Numbered from the stretch's first letter, positions 29,133 through 38,156 are shown. The stretch: 64,000 bases of DNA from Blastocatellia bacterium (GCA_013697915.1 JACCVY010000196.1:1935-65934); one strand, 5' to 3'. Translations and numbers: made by a program. The notes: generated from the letters alone by a model not told the origin.

Positions 29133-29230
29133 TCTCTGTGCGTCCTTTGTGTTCTTTGTGTCTCTGTGGTGGATGTTTATTGACGATTGCTCACCACAGA
29201 GGCGCAGAGAACGCAAAGGACCCACAGAGA
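29133..29230 (+). repeat. 39-bp-stem hairpin with stuttering arms
   Basis: Arms are 29133-29171 and 29192-29230. In the plus-strand RNA there are 34 Watson-Crick pairs, 4 G:U pairs and 1 C:C mismatch. The loop is 20 nt. Confidence 0.8.
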
Positions 29231-29328
29231 TTAATTCAAACCATGACACTGCCGAGCCCGGTTCTGCTTAGAGTAGCGTCCCGTGCTAAAGTTACGCTGA
29301 AAGTTATTCTGATTTGGAGGAACTGATT

Positions 29329-30210
29329 ATGTCTATGAAGCAGACCAAGGTCTGGCTGATTCTGATGATTGCTTTATCGCTGCTGGGCCTGGCTTCGGCT
29401 TGCAGCAAGGCTCCGGAGGGCACAAGCGACAATAATGCACCAACGACAACCGGCAAAGCCTACACTGCCAAGGGGAACGAAGGAACGATAACCGGAACCA
29501 TCGCCTATAACGGTGCGGCGCCGGCGCCCAAGAAGATTGACACTTCGGCCGATCCGGTTTGCGGTCAAAAGAGCCCGAACCTCGCCACCGAAGACAATGT
29601 CGTCACCAACGGCAAGCTGGAATACGCTTTCGTTTACATTAAGGATGGTGCAACGGCCGACGGCACGAAAGTTGGCGATTATACTTTTACGGCCCCTTCA
29701 GACACCGTGACTCTGGATCAGAGCGGCTGTCACTACAAACCGCACGTGATGGGCGCAATGGTTAACCAGAAGTTGAACATCACCAACAGCGATCCGACGC
29801 AGCACAACATCCACTTCACACCAAAGAACAATCCTGACTGGAACCAATCGCAACCAAACGGCGCGCCGGCTTTAACGCATTCGTTTGCGCGTTCTGAAGT
29901 GCTGGTGCCGGTCAAATGCAATCAGCATCCCTGGATGAAGGCTTACGTCGGCGTGTTAAAGCACCCGTTCTTTGCGGTTAGCGCTGAAGACGGCACGTTC
30001 ACCATCAAGGGTGTGCCGCCGGGAACCTACACGGTTGCGGCATGGCATGAAGGCGGCGCCAACGGAACAGAAAAAACGATGTCGGTAACAGTTCCCGCAA
30101 GTGGCAGTGCCAAGGCAGACTTTGCATTCGGCGAAGGCGCAACCGCTGCAGGCGCCCCAGGCTTGGAGATGATGCCGGCGATCGAAGTTCCGGTAATTGG
30201 TCATCACTGA
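29329..30210 (+). CDS. lipoprotein with a cupredoxin-like putative copper site and an Ig-like C-terminal domain
   Basis: GGAGG lies 8 nt before ATG 29329. The lipobox is LGLASAC. Candidate copper ligands are TQHNIHF ... CNQHPWM (C-x2-H-x2-M). The C-terminus reads FTIKGVPPGTYTVAAWHEGG. Confidence 0.6.
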   Translation: MSMKQTKVWLILMIALSLLGLASACSKAPEGTSDNNAPTTTGKAYTAKGNEGTITGTIAYNGAAPAPKKIDTSADPVCGQKSPNLATEDNVVTNGKLEYAFVYIKDGATADGTKVGDYTFTAPSDTVTLDQSGCHYKPHVMGAMVNQKLNITNSDPTQHNIHFTPKNNPDWNQSQPNGAPALTHSFARSEVLVPVKCNQHPWMKAYVGVLKHPFFAVSAEDGTFTIKGVPPGTYTVAAWHEGGANGTEKTMSVTVPASGSAKADFAFGEGATAAGAPGLEMMPAIEVPVIGHH

Positions 30211-30226
30211 GGGAGTAAAATGCCAG

Positions 30227-30300
30227 TTGCGATTTGCGGTTGAGTCACTAATCTCAATGGTTAGGTTTCTCAATCGCAAATCGGCAATCGGCAATCGGCA
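30227..30300 (+). repeat. hairpin plus (cggcaat)x3 run abutting the ctaA start codon
   Basis: ttgcgatttgcggttgag (30227-30244) pairs with ctcaatcgcaaatcggcaa (30269-30287) with one bulge and one G:U. A tcggcaatcggcaatcggca run continues to 30300. Confidence 0.6.
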
Positions 30301-31224
30301 ATGAATCGAGGTTTGTATCGTTTCGCGCTTCTGGTCGCTTGCGCGACTTTTTTCTTGATCATTGCCGGCGCATTGGTCACGAGTCACGATGCCGGACTGG
30401 CAACCAACGACTGGCCACTTTCAAACGGCCAGGTGTTTCCGAAAATGGTTGGCAACCTGTTTTGGGAACACGGTCACCGGATGGTGGCTACGACCGTAGG
30501 TTTATTGACAATTGGGCTGGTCGTTTTTCTGTTTGCAAAAGAGAAACGGCGTTGGGTGCGGCGCTTGGGCTTGCTGGCGTTGCTTGGCGTGATCGCGCAG
30601 GGATTGCTCGGCGGATTGACTGTGAAGTTAAGCCTGCCGCTTGCTGTTTCCGCGGCCCATGCGACGTTGGCCCAACTCTTTTTTTGCACCACGGTCAGCC
30701 TGGCGGTTTTTACTTCGCGGAGTTGGATGGTTAGCCGGCCGCTGCTTGAAGAGCGCGCGGGTCTGCCGCTTAGATACATCTGTACGGCTGCCGCAGCAAC
30801 GATCTTTTTGCAATTGATAATTGGCGCGACTCTGCGGCACTCGGCAACGTGGGACAAGCCGCTGCCAACGGATCTTTTATTGACGCACATCGGCGGCGCA
30901 GTTGCTGTTACGTTGTTATTGGGCAGCGCGACGTTGTTGGTCCTGCGGCGTTATCGTGACGAGCCGTTGCTGACTCGACCGGCAATGGTTGCGTTGGCGT
31001 TGTTGATAGTGCAATTGTCCCTGGGGCTGGCGGCTTACGTCGTGCGCGCGGCTTCGCCGAACGATCCGCAGCCGTTGAACCCGATGGTTGGAGTTACGGT
31101 CGCGCACGTCGCCTGCGGCGCATTGGTCTTCGCGACCACAATAGTTTTGACATTGAGGGTATTTAAGGTGTTGCGACCCTGCGAACAAGCGTTAAAGTTT
31201 TCCGCGGCAACGCAACAAGGTTAA
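30301..31224 (+). CDS. ctaA: haem A synthase (COX15/CtaA family)
   Basis: 307 aa and multi-TM, with WEHGHRMVA and a second His-containing half. Confidence 0.9.
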   Translation: MNRGLYRFALLVACATFFLIIAGALVTSHDAGLATNDWPLSNGQVFPKMVGNLFWEHGHRMVATTVGLLTIGLVVFLFAKEKRRWVRRLGLLALLGVIAQGLLGGLTVKLSLPLAVSAAHATLAQLFFCTTVSLAVFTSRSWMVSRPLLEERAGLPLRYICTAAAATIFLQLIIGATLRHSATWDKPLPTDLLLTHIGGAVAVTLLLGSATLLVLRRYRDEPLLTRPAMVALALLIVQLSLGLAAYVVRAASPNDPQPLNPMVGVTVAHVACGALVFATTIVLTLRVFKVLRPCEQALKFSAATQQG

Positions 31225-31234
31225 AGTTCAAGCA

Positions 31235-31297
31235 GTTCAGAGTACAACCTTCAAGGTTGCTTTTGGGAAAGACTCAAGCCAAAGCTTGGATATGGAC
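31235..31297. repeat. degenerate copy of the gttcagagt element found at 38175
   Basis: gttcagagtacaaccttcaaggttgc...caagccaaagcttgga aligns with the reverse complement of 38175-38240. Confidence 0.55.
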
Positions 31298-31321
31298 TTA
31301 GGGCGTTTCATCAAAGCTTAG

Positions 31322-32233
31322 ATGGAAGAATTCGCAATAGAACTTAATACCGGCGTAGCTCAGCTTGAACGCTTGAGCGCGCGCGATCGTGTGGCGGCGT
31401 ACCTCGAGTTAACCAAGCCGCGCATCACCTTTCTGATTGTATTGACGGCCGCGGCCGGCTTTGCGCTGGCTTCGCCGGGCCGCGTCGACTACCGAGCGAT
31501 GCTGACCGCAATGGTTGGCATCGCTCTTTTGTCTTCGGGCGTTGCCACGCTCAATCAGTACATGGAGAAAGATCTCGATGCGCTGATGCGCCGCACAGCA
31601 AACCGGCCGCTGCCTACGGGCAAGCTTCTTCCCTGGGAAGCGCTCGGGTTTGGCGTCGGTCTTACGGTGCTCGCGGAAATCTACCTGGTAGTCTTGGTGA
31701 ACCCGCTGAGTGCGGTATTGGGGTTGACCGTAATAGCCGGCTATTTATTTGGCTACACACCGCTCAAGACGAGAACATCACTTTCGACTTTCGTGGGCGC
31801 CTTTCCCGGCGCCGTGCCTCCACTTATCGGTTGGGCCAGCGCGCGCGGTGCAATCGGTGTCGAGGCTTGGGTGCTATTCGCTATTCTCTTTCTCTGGCAG
31901 TTTCCACATTTCCTGGCGATTGCCTGGATGTATCGCGAAGACTACACGCGCGCGGGCATTCTCATGCTGCCGGTAGTTGAGCCGGATGGCCGCGTTACCG
32001 GACAACAGATAGTTCTTTACACCGTCATGCTTTTGCCGGTCAGCCTGCTGCCAACATTGCTGGGAACCGCCGGCAAGACTTATTTTGCGGGCGCGATTAT
32101 TTTTGGACTGGTCTTCCTGTACTTCAGCCTGCGAGCTGCGTTTTCAAAGTCGCGCCAGGCAGCGCGACAGTTGCTGCTCGCTTCAGTAATTTATTTGCCG
32201 CTCTTATTTATCTTGATGGTTTTGGACCGGTAA
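31322..32233 (+). CDS. ctaB: protohaem IX farnesyltransferase (haem O synthase)
   Basis: 303 aa, UbiA family, with the NQYMEKDLDALMRRTANRPLPTG motif. Confidence 0.95.
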   Translation: MEEFAIELNTGVAQLERLSARDRVAAYLELTKPRITFLIVLTAAAGFALASPGRVDYRAMLTAMVGIALLSSGVATLNQYMEKDLDALMRRTANRPLPTGKLLPWEALGFGVGLTVLAEIYLVVLVNPLSAVLGLTVIAGYLFGYTPLKTRTSLSTFVGAFPGAVPPLIGWASARGAIGVEAWVLFAILFLWQFPHFLAIAWMYREDYTRAGILMLPVVEPDGRVTGQQIVLYTVMLLPVSLLPTLLGTAGKTYFAGAIIFGLVFLYFSLRAAFSKSRQAARQLLLASVIYLPLLFILMVLDR

Positions 32234-32245
32234 AACTGGTAAATG

Positions 32246-32341
32246 GTAAATCGTAAATGGTGAATAGGAAATTACGCCATTTCACCACTTGAGTCTGGCG
32301 CCGACGTTCTTACCATTTACTATTTACCATTTACGATTCAC
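32246..32341 (+). repeat. hairpin with stuttering arms (gtaaatg/gtgaatc words)
   Basis: 32246-32268 matches the reverse complement of 32319-32341 at 21 of 23 positions. It uses the same word set as 45742-45875. Confidence 0.65.
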
Positions 32342-32358
32342 TTCCTAAGGAGTAACCG

Positions 32359-33204
32359 ATGGGACGAGCTCTTGCGGTTATTATCTGGATCCTGACACTG
32401 GGTTCAGTGAGTCTCTTTTTCGTTAAGCAGTGGTGGTTTCCTACCGCCATTACTTCCCATGCAGCAGCCCTCGATCGGCAATTCCTGATCACCATAATCG
32501 TGGTGGGAATCTCGTTCACGGCCGCCCAGGTGGGACTTGGCTACATGGTCTGGAAGTATCGCGAGCGGCCGGCCAACGACCGGGCAGTCTACACGCATGG
32601 CAGCAATCGCCTCGAAGTTATCTGGACGATTGTAACGGCCATCATCTTTATCGGACTCGCCGTGATGGGCCAAAGCGTTTGGGCCTCGCTGCACTTTAAT
32701 AAAGCGCCCGCAGGCTCTTTCCAGGTTGAAGTGGTGGCGCAGCAGTTTCAATGGAATTTTCACTACGCGGGGAAAGACGGCGTCTTTGGACGTACTGATC
32801 CGAGCCTGATAGACGATTCCGCACTGAACTTCATCGGCCTCGACGAAACCGACCCGAACGCCAAAGACGATGAGACGCACAGCGTGATTGCAATTCCCGT
32901 CGGGCGTCCGGTTGAGCTAATCCTTCGCTCGAAGGACGTGATTCATAATTTCTGGGTGCCACAACTTCGGTTCAAGCAGGACCTGGTTCCCGGCATGGCG
33001 ATTCGCGTGCACTTCACGGCAAATCAAACGGGCAAATATGAACTAGCCTGCGCGGAACTTTGCGGCCAGCTTCACTTCAAGATGAAGAGTTACATGCTGG
33101 TTCTGCCCGAGGCTGAGCATCAGGCGCTGATGTCTTTACCGCAGGAGCAGTTTCAGAGCCGCATGACGGAATTGTTAGCCAAGTATCCGTTGCCGACTTA
33201 CTAG
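32359..33204 (+). CDS. coxB: cytochrome c oxidase subunit II (no fused cytochrome c domain)
   Basis: CuA motif CAELCGQLHFKM, two N-terminal TM helices and AAGGAG before the ATG. There is no CXXCH. Confidence 0.95.
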   Translation: MGRALAVIIWILTLGSVSLFFVKQWWFPTAITSHAAALDRQFLITIIVVGISFTAAQVGLGYMVWKYRERPANDRAVYTHGSNRLEVIWTIVTAIIFIGLAVMGQSVWASLHFNKAPAGSFQVEVVAQQFQWNFHYAGKDGVFGRTDPSLIDDSALNFIGLDETDPNAKDDETHSVIAIPVGRPVELILRSKDVIHNFWVPQLRFKQDLVPGMAIRVHFTANQTGKYELACAELCGQLHFKMKSYMLVLPEAEHQALMSLPQEQFQSRMTELLAKYPLPTY

Positions 33205-33255
33205 ACGTACAAAGAAATCTTCTACGCTCATTCGTTTCCTACGAGGAGATTAAAG

Positions 33256-35097
33256 ATGTCAGTTGAAACGCACGAAGCAGTCCATCGACACGAGCCGCCG
33301 ACCAGCTTCATTCGTAAGTACATCTTCAGTCTGGACCACAAGGTCATTGGCATCCAGTACATCCTTCTGGCGCTCGTCGCCGTGATTGTGGGCATGGCGA
33401 TGTCGGTGCTGATGCGCATGAACCTTTCCTGGCCCGGCACGAACTGGCCCATCCTGGCGACACTCTTTCCCGGTGGCGCCCCTGGCGGCGTGATCAATCC
33501 GGAGTTTTACCTGTCGCTGGTCACGATGCACGGCACCATTATGGTCTTCTTTGTGCTGACGACGGCGCCGCAGGGCGGCTTTGGCAATTATTTTCTGCCC
33601 ATTCAGATTGGCGCTGAAGACATGGCGTTTCCAGTACTGAACATGCTGTCGTTCTGGGTAACGCTGGTCGGCTTCATCGTTATCCTATCCGCGATTTTCT
33701 TTTCCGGATCTGCTTCGACAATTGGACCGATTGGAGGTTGGACCGGCTACGCGCCTTTAAGCGCGCTGGGCCAAATAGCTGGACCTGGGCAGGGAATGGG
33801 CATGAATCTTTGGATCATAAGTATCGCAATTTTTTGCGTGGGTTCATTGCTGGGCGCGCTAAATTTCATTACGACGCTGCTGAATATGCGCACCAGAGGG
33901 ATGTCACTGATGCGCATGCCGCTGACCTGTTGGGCCTGGTTCACAACCGCTGTGCTCGCGTTGCTGTCGTTTCCGGTGCTGCTTGGCGGCGGCATTCTGC
34001 TGTTACTGGATCGCCTTGCCGGAACGAGCTTCTTTATTCCGGGCGGGCTCTACGTCAGCGGCATTCTTTCCGGAACTAATCCAAGCTTTCCGGTTCACAC
34101 CGGTGGCTCGCCCATTCTGTGGCAACACTTGTTTTGGTTCTTCGGCCACCCGGAAGTTTATATCGCCATCCTGCCCGGTATGGGCGCGACATCACACATC
34201 CTTTCAACCTTCGCGCGCAAACCAGTCTTCGGTTACCGCGCGATGGTGTTTGCAATCTTCGCGATCGGACTGCTGGGATTTTTCGTTTGGGGACATCACA
34301 TGTTCATCAGCGGCATGAGTCCCTATTCGGCCATGACTTTTTCGATTCTGACACTTTCGATTGGCGTGCCTTCGGCGGTTAAAACTTTCAACTGGCTGGG
34401 CACACTGTGGGGCGCAAGAATTCGTTTCACGACGCCGATGCTTTTTGCGATTGGGTTTGTATCGTTGTTTGTTGCCGGCGGCATTACCGGCCTGGTGTTG
34501 GGCCAGACGTCACTCGATTTGCCGATGCACGATACTTACTTTGTGCTTGCGCATTTCCATTTGGTGATGGGCGTCGCCTCCATCTTCGGAATGTTTGCCG
34601 CGACTTATTTTTGGTTTCCTAAGATGTTTGGCCGCATGATGAGCGAAAGCCTCGGGAAGATTCATTTCTGGATAACTTTCGTCGGTGTCTACTGCATCTT
34701 CGTTCCCATGCACGTGATGGGACTGGTGGGCATGCCGCGTCGTTATGCGCAGTTTACGGAATATACATTTCTGACCAGACTGCATCCGCTGGTGGTCTTC
34801 GTTTCCGTAGTGGCCATCATCACGGTGCTGACTCAGTTTCTGTTTTACTTCAACCTGATCTGGAGCATTTTCAAAGGCAAGAAAGCCGGGGCGAATCCCT
34901 GGGACGCGACCACGCTGGAATGGACCACCGCCAGTCCGCCGCCGCACGACAACTTTGCCGGCGTGCTGCCGGTTGTTTATCGCGGCCCTTACGAATTTGC
35001 CGTGCCCGGCGCGCCCAACGATTTTGTGATGCAAACTGAACCTGAAACCGAAACCGAAAGGGTAGGTGGGAATGGCCACAACGGTCACCGGCACTAA
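33256..35097 (+). CDS. coxA: cytochrome c oxidase subunit I
   Basis: 613 aa, GHPEVYI motif, 12+ TM helices and conserved His ligands. The tail is His-rich (GGNGHNGHRH). Confidence 0.97.
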   Translation: MSVETHEAVHRHEPPTSFIRKYIFSLDHKVIGIQYILLALVAVIVGMAMSVLMRMNLSWPGTNWPILATLFPGGAPGGVINPEFYLSLVTMHGTIMVFFVLTTAPQGGFGNYFLPIQIGAEDMAFPVLNMLSFWVTLVGFIVILSAIFFSGSASTIGPIGGWTGYAPLSALGQIAGPGQGMGMNLWIISIAIFCVGSLLGALNFITTLLNMRTRGMSLMRMPLTCWAWFTTAVLALLSFPVLLGGGILLLLDRLAGTSFFIPGGLYVSGILSGTNPSFPVHTGGSPILWQHLFWFFGHPEVYIAILPGMGATSHILSTFARKPVFGYRAMVFAIFAIGLLGFFVWGHHMFISGMSPYSAMTFSILTLSIGVPSAVKTFNWLGTLWGARIRFTTPMLFAIGFVSLFVAGGITGLVLGQTSLDLPMHDTYFVLAHFHLVMGVASIFGMFAATYFWFPKMFGRMMSESLGKIHFWITFVGVYCIFVPMHVMGLVGMPRRYAQFTEYTFLTRLHPLVVFVSVVAIITVLTQFLFYFNLIWSIFKGKKAGANPWDATTLEWTTASPPPHDNFAGVLPVVYRGPYEFAVPGAPNDFVMQTEPETETERVGGNGHNGHRH

Positions 35098-35764
35098 GCC
35101 ACTTACAAAAACCGGATTTGGCGGCGGCTCGAAATCTCGAGGCCCGAACGGCAATGGTTCGCCAAAACGAAACGGCCATCGCGATGCGTTTTTCGACTCG
35201 CGCTCCGCGGTCAACCGCTATCGCATCGGCATGTGGGTGGCAATGGCGTCCATTCTGATGCTGTTTACCGCGCTCAGCAGTGCCTACATTGTGCGGGCCG
35301 CGTCGGCTAACGATTGGCAGCCGCTGCGCATGCCGCGCGTTTTGCTGTTGAGCACGGCGCTTATCATTTTCAGCAGCGTCACGTTGGAATTCGCGCGGCG
35401 AAAATTGAAGAGTGGCGAGCAGAGCGCGCACAAACGTCTGCTCGTTTTGACCGCGCTGCTCGGACTTGGTTTTCTCGGCTCGCAATTGTTTGCCTGGAGG
35501 GGACTGGCGCGACAGGGAATTTATATTTCTTCAAATCCGCACAGCTCCTTCTTCTATCTATTGACGGCAACTCATGGAATGCATCTGCTGGGTGGGCTGG
35601 CAGGGCTCGGGTTTCTGATGTCGCGTTCTCGGCTCAGCACTGACGACGAATTGGCGGCGGCGAAAAGGCAGGCACAAACTGATGCGGTTTCGCTTTACTG
35701 GCATTTCATGGACTTCTTGTGGATCTACCTTTTTCTATTACTTTTTCTTTGGCGGCAGCAGTAA
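35072..35764 (+). CDS. coxC: cytochrome c oxidase subunit III
   Basis: LYWHFMDFLWIYLF motif. It overlaps the 3' end of coxA. The start is ATG 35072 or GTG 35066. Confidence 0.85.
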   Translation: MATTVTGTKPLTKTGFGGGSKSRGPNGNGSPKRNGHRDAFFDSRSAVNRYRIGMWVAMASILMLFTALSSAYIVRAASANDWQPLRMPRVLLLSTALIIFSSVTLEFARRKLKSGEQSAHKRLLVLTALLGLGFLGSQLFAWRGLARQGIYISSNPHSSFFYLLTATHGMHLLGGLAGLGFLMSRSRLSTDDELAAAKRQAQTDAVSLYWHFMDFLWIYLFLLLFLWRQQ

Positions 35765-35765
35765 G

Positions 35766-35834
35766 ACAGACTTCAGTCTGTGTAGTAGTTGATTAAGTAC
35801 AATTTCAAAGCGCGCAGACTAAAGTCTGTGCCAC
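35766..35834 (+). repeat. double stem-loop repeat (acagac...gtctgtgccac), copy 2
   Basis: acagac-ttca-gtctgt (35766-35781) and gcagac-taaa-gtctgtgccac (35814-35834). The second is followed by ttggagg, which serves as the RBS of the next gene. Confidence 0.7.
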
Positions 35835-35847
35835 TTGGAGGTGACAG

Positions 35848-36528
35848 GTGAGTACTGAAGCACGCGCAGTACATTTTCCCGCAGCCGATTGGGATGGAGG
35901 TGTGCACCCATATCGCGTTGGTCATCGCAAGCTGGGGATGTGGTTGTTCATCGTTTCCGACTCGCTGACGTTTTCCGCGCTGCTAATGGGTTACGCATAT
36001 CTGCGCGCCTCAAACGTTTGGCCCACGCCGTTTCCTTTTTATCCCAGCATCGTCTTTTCGTCGGTCATGACTTTCTGCCTGCTGTCGTCGAGCTTGACGA
36101 TGGTGTTTGGCGTGTCAGCGTCCAGCCGCGGCGATAAGATATTGGCCCGCAAATGGATCCTGGCGACGATATTTTTTGGCGTAGCGTTTATTGTGCTGCA
36201 CTTGATCGAGTGGAACCACTTGATTAGTGAAGGCGTGCGGCCGTTCAGTTTGCCCGCGCATTGGGTTTCGACGTTTACCACCACGGACGGGAAACTGCCG
36301 TCACCTTTGTTTGGGGCTACGTTTTTCACCATCACCGGTCTGCACATGTTTCACGTTGCGACCGGCGCGATTTACCTGAGTGTAGTCGCTGCGCGCGTAA
36401 AGAAATTGAAGCACGAGGACATCGAGATCAGCGGGCTTTACTGGCACTTTGTAGATCTGGTGTGGATGTTTGTATTCCCGCTAATTTACATCCTGTCTGT
36501 CGATGTTGGCGGCCATTTGGCGAAATAG
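35848..36528 (+). CDS. second cytochrome c oxidase subunit III-family protein
   Basis: 226 aa, GTG start 7 nt after GGAGG, with the LYWHFVDLVWMFVF motif. Confidence 0.85.
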   Translation: MSTEARAVHFPAADWDGGVHPYRVGHRKLGMWLFIVSDSLTFSALLMGYAYLRASNVWPTPFPFYPSIVFSSVMTFCLLSSSLTMVFGVSASSRGDKILARKWILATIFFGVAFIVLHLIEWNHLISEGVRPFSLPAHWVSTFTTTDGKLPSPLFGATFFTITGLHMFHVATGAIYLSVVAARVKKLKHEDIEISGLYWHFVDLVWMFVFPLIYILSVDVGGHLAK

Positions 36529-36591
36529 ATTTTTTGGAGTGCAGCGGCCCTGATGCCGCTTTCGTGGTGACAGTTAGGCGGAGGACCAAAG

Positions 36592-36939
36592 ATGAGCGCA
36601 CACGTTGAAGAAGAGCACTTTGCCGGCAGTAACAAACTGTTTACTTCGATCTGGGTTTGGCTCGTGCTGTTGACGCTGGTGGAAATCGGGCTTGCCTACA
36701 AGCCGATGGCTCTTCACCTGATGTTAACGATCCTGCTTGGACTTTCAATCATCAAGGCCGCATTAATCGTGGCTTACTTTATGCACTTGAAGTTTGAGCG
36801 CTTGAGTTTGATTCTGACAATTGTGCCCATGCTGGTAGTCTGCATCTGCCTGCTGTTCGTGTTTTTCCCTGACAGCTTTAGATCGGCGGGACTGCGTTAT
36901 GAGTTTAAAGAACAGCCGCCGGCCGCGGAGGAACATTGA
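36592..36939 (+). CDS. prokaryotic cytochrome c oxidase subunit IV family protein
   Basis: 115 aa, three TM helices and the KAALIVAYFMHLKFE motif. Confidence 0.8.
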   Translation: MSAHVEEEHFAGSNKLFTSIWVWLVLLTLVEIGLAYKPMALHLMLTILLGLSIIKAALIVAYFMHLKFERLSLILTIVPMLVVCICLLFVFFPDSFRSAGLRYEFKEQPPAAEEH

Positions 36940-37214
36940 TGCGCGTAAGTTTTAAGAGGCTGGTCTTGCTGAGCGTTGCGGCCGCGATAGCTTTATTGCT
37001 GCTGGCTTCGCCATCTCCCGCGCAGTGTTCAATGTGTCGCGCGGCGCTGGCCGGATCGAACAATGCTTTTTTCATCAGGAACTTCAATATCGGTGTCCTG
37101 GTACTGTTGGTGCCGCCAGTTACGATGTTTTGCTCAATCTTTGTTGTGCTGAAGCGTTATCATCGTGATGACCAGCGGCCCGATTCAGAGGCCGAAGGAA
37201 AAGACGAAGAGTAG
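36936..37214 (+). CDS. small membrane protein with a periplasm-facing CxxC
   Basis: 92 aa. ATGA overlap with the subunit IV stop. A hydrophobic N-terminus is followed by QCSMCR, a second TM helix and an acidic tail. Confidence 0.55.
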   Translation: MMRVSFKRLVLLSVAAAIALLLLASPSPAQCSMCRAALAGSNNAFFIRNFNIGVLVLLVPPVTMFCSIFVVLKRYHRDDQRPDSEAEGKDEE

Positions 37215-37430
37215 ATGCCGGAAGAAAATCTGCTCTGGATAGACGTTGAAAAGCGGACCACGCGCGGGCGCGTTTGCCCGCGCTGCGGCGGCAAAATAAT
37301 TCCTTCCGACCGCGCTATTTATCAAAGTACGGCTTCGCCCGGCGACGTGTTTCCCATTTGGCAGTGCGAGAAATGCGGCTACGAGGAAATGTCGGATAAG
37401 CCAAAACCGGCGGGGAAGGCGAAACACTGA
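37215..37430 (+). CDS. small zinc-ribbon protein
   Basis: 71 aa. The ATG immediately follows the previous stop codon. It carries CPRCGG...CEKCGY. Confidence 0.55.
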   Translation: MPEENLLWIDVEKRTTRGRVCPRCGGKIIPSDRAIYQSTASPGDVFPIWQCEKCGYEEMSDKPKPAGKAKH

Positions 37431-37432
37431 AG

Positions 37433-37499
37433 AGTTTCAAGTTTGAAGTTTCAGGTTCAAAGTCAACTACCTGAAACTTGAAACTTTAGACTTGAAACT
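37433..37499 (+). repeat. hairpin with stuttering arms (gtttcaa/gtttgaa words)
   Basis: 37433-37456 against the reverse complement of 37469-37492 gives 21 of 24 matches plus 1 G:U. There is no U-tract. Confidence 0.65.
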
Positions 37500-37511
37500 A
37501 AGGATGGTTTG

Positions 37512-37904
37512 ATGGCTGCAGCGAAAGCCGGTGTAATTTCAATGAAGGGCGAAATTCGATTCTTAAACCTCATCTGTATCGTTGCCGCTATCGTTTTCGT
37601 CGCGCTCGCCGTATTAAACGCGTTGTCCTCGGGTAACTTTTTGACCACGGATAACCTGTTCATCACCATGGTTTGTTTATTGATGGCGCTGATGTTTGCG
37701 GCGAATCCATTGCTTTATTTGAAGTCGGAAGGAAAACTGCCGATTCCATTTATGAAGCGTGCCGATGCATCAAGCGCCGGCGGACAATCCGTGCTGCCCC
37801 GGGCCAGCGCGCCAGCCGCGCCGCCCATGCTGGATGCGCGTGGTCGCGCCGTCCCGCCCGACGTAAAATCTATGGTCACTAATATGAAACCTAAGCAGCC
37901 TTAG
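37512..37904 (+). CDS. hypothetical two-TM membrane protein
   Basis: AAGGA lies 7 nt before ATG 37512. Two hydrophobic helices are followed by an Ala/Pro-rich tail. Confidence 0.5.
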   Translation: MAAAKAGVISMKGEIRFLNLICIVAAIVFVALAVLNALSSGNFLTTDNLFITMVCLLMALMFAANPLLYLKSEGKLPIPFMKRADASSAGGQSVLPRASAPAAPPMLDARGRAVPPDVKSMVTNMKPKQP

Positions 37905-37931
37905 CCAGCCAACGTTTGCGCAACCCCTGCC

Positions 37932-38156
37932 GTGGATCAAATAACAAAACGAGTGCTCCACAGCTTTACTCGCTGGAACAAAGACAAGCTTGATCTGCAT
38001 GAACTGTTTGAAGCGGGCGGCAATGATCCCGAGCAGCGGACAGCCGTCTTCGATGCAGTTGAAAGGCTGGTCCAGGATGGATTACTCAACGAAGAAGGAA
38101 ACGATTTCTATTCGTTGACGGAGAAGGGAACGAAAGCAGCGACGAGTAATGAGTGA
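37932..38156 (+). CDS. hypothetical small protein, possibly winged-helix-like
   Basis: 74 aa with a GTG start and no clear RBS. LVQDGLLNEEGNDFYSLTEKG resembles a wHTH wing. Confidence 0.4.
   Translation: MDQITKRVLHSFTRWNKDKLDLHELFEAGGNDPEQRTAVFDAVERLVQDGLLNEEGNDFYSLTEKGTKAATSNE

Noticed and set aside
33205-33255. Short coxB-coxA gap and the 36529-36591 gap, checked for the same repeat families
   Set aside because: They hold only small local stems (for example agcggc-cctgat-gccgct at about 36552-36569). There is no stutter architecture and no similarity to the other families, so I did not list them as elements.
34510-35485. Two overlapping minus-strand ORFs (234 and 204 aa) over coxA/coxC
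   Set aside because: They are antisense to unmistakable oxidase subunits I and III. These are shadow ORFs.
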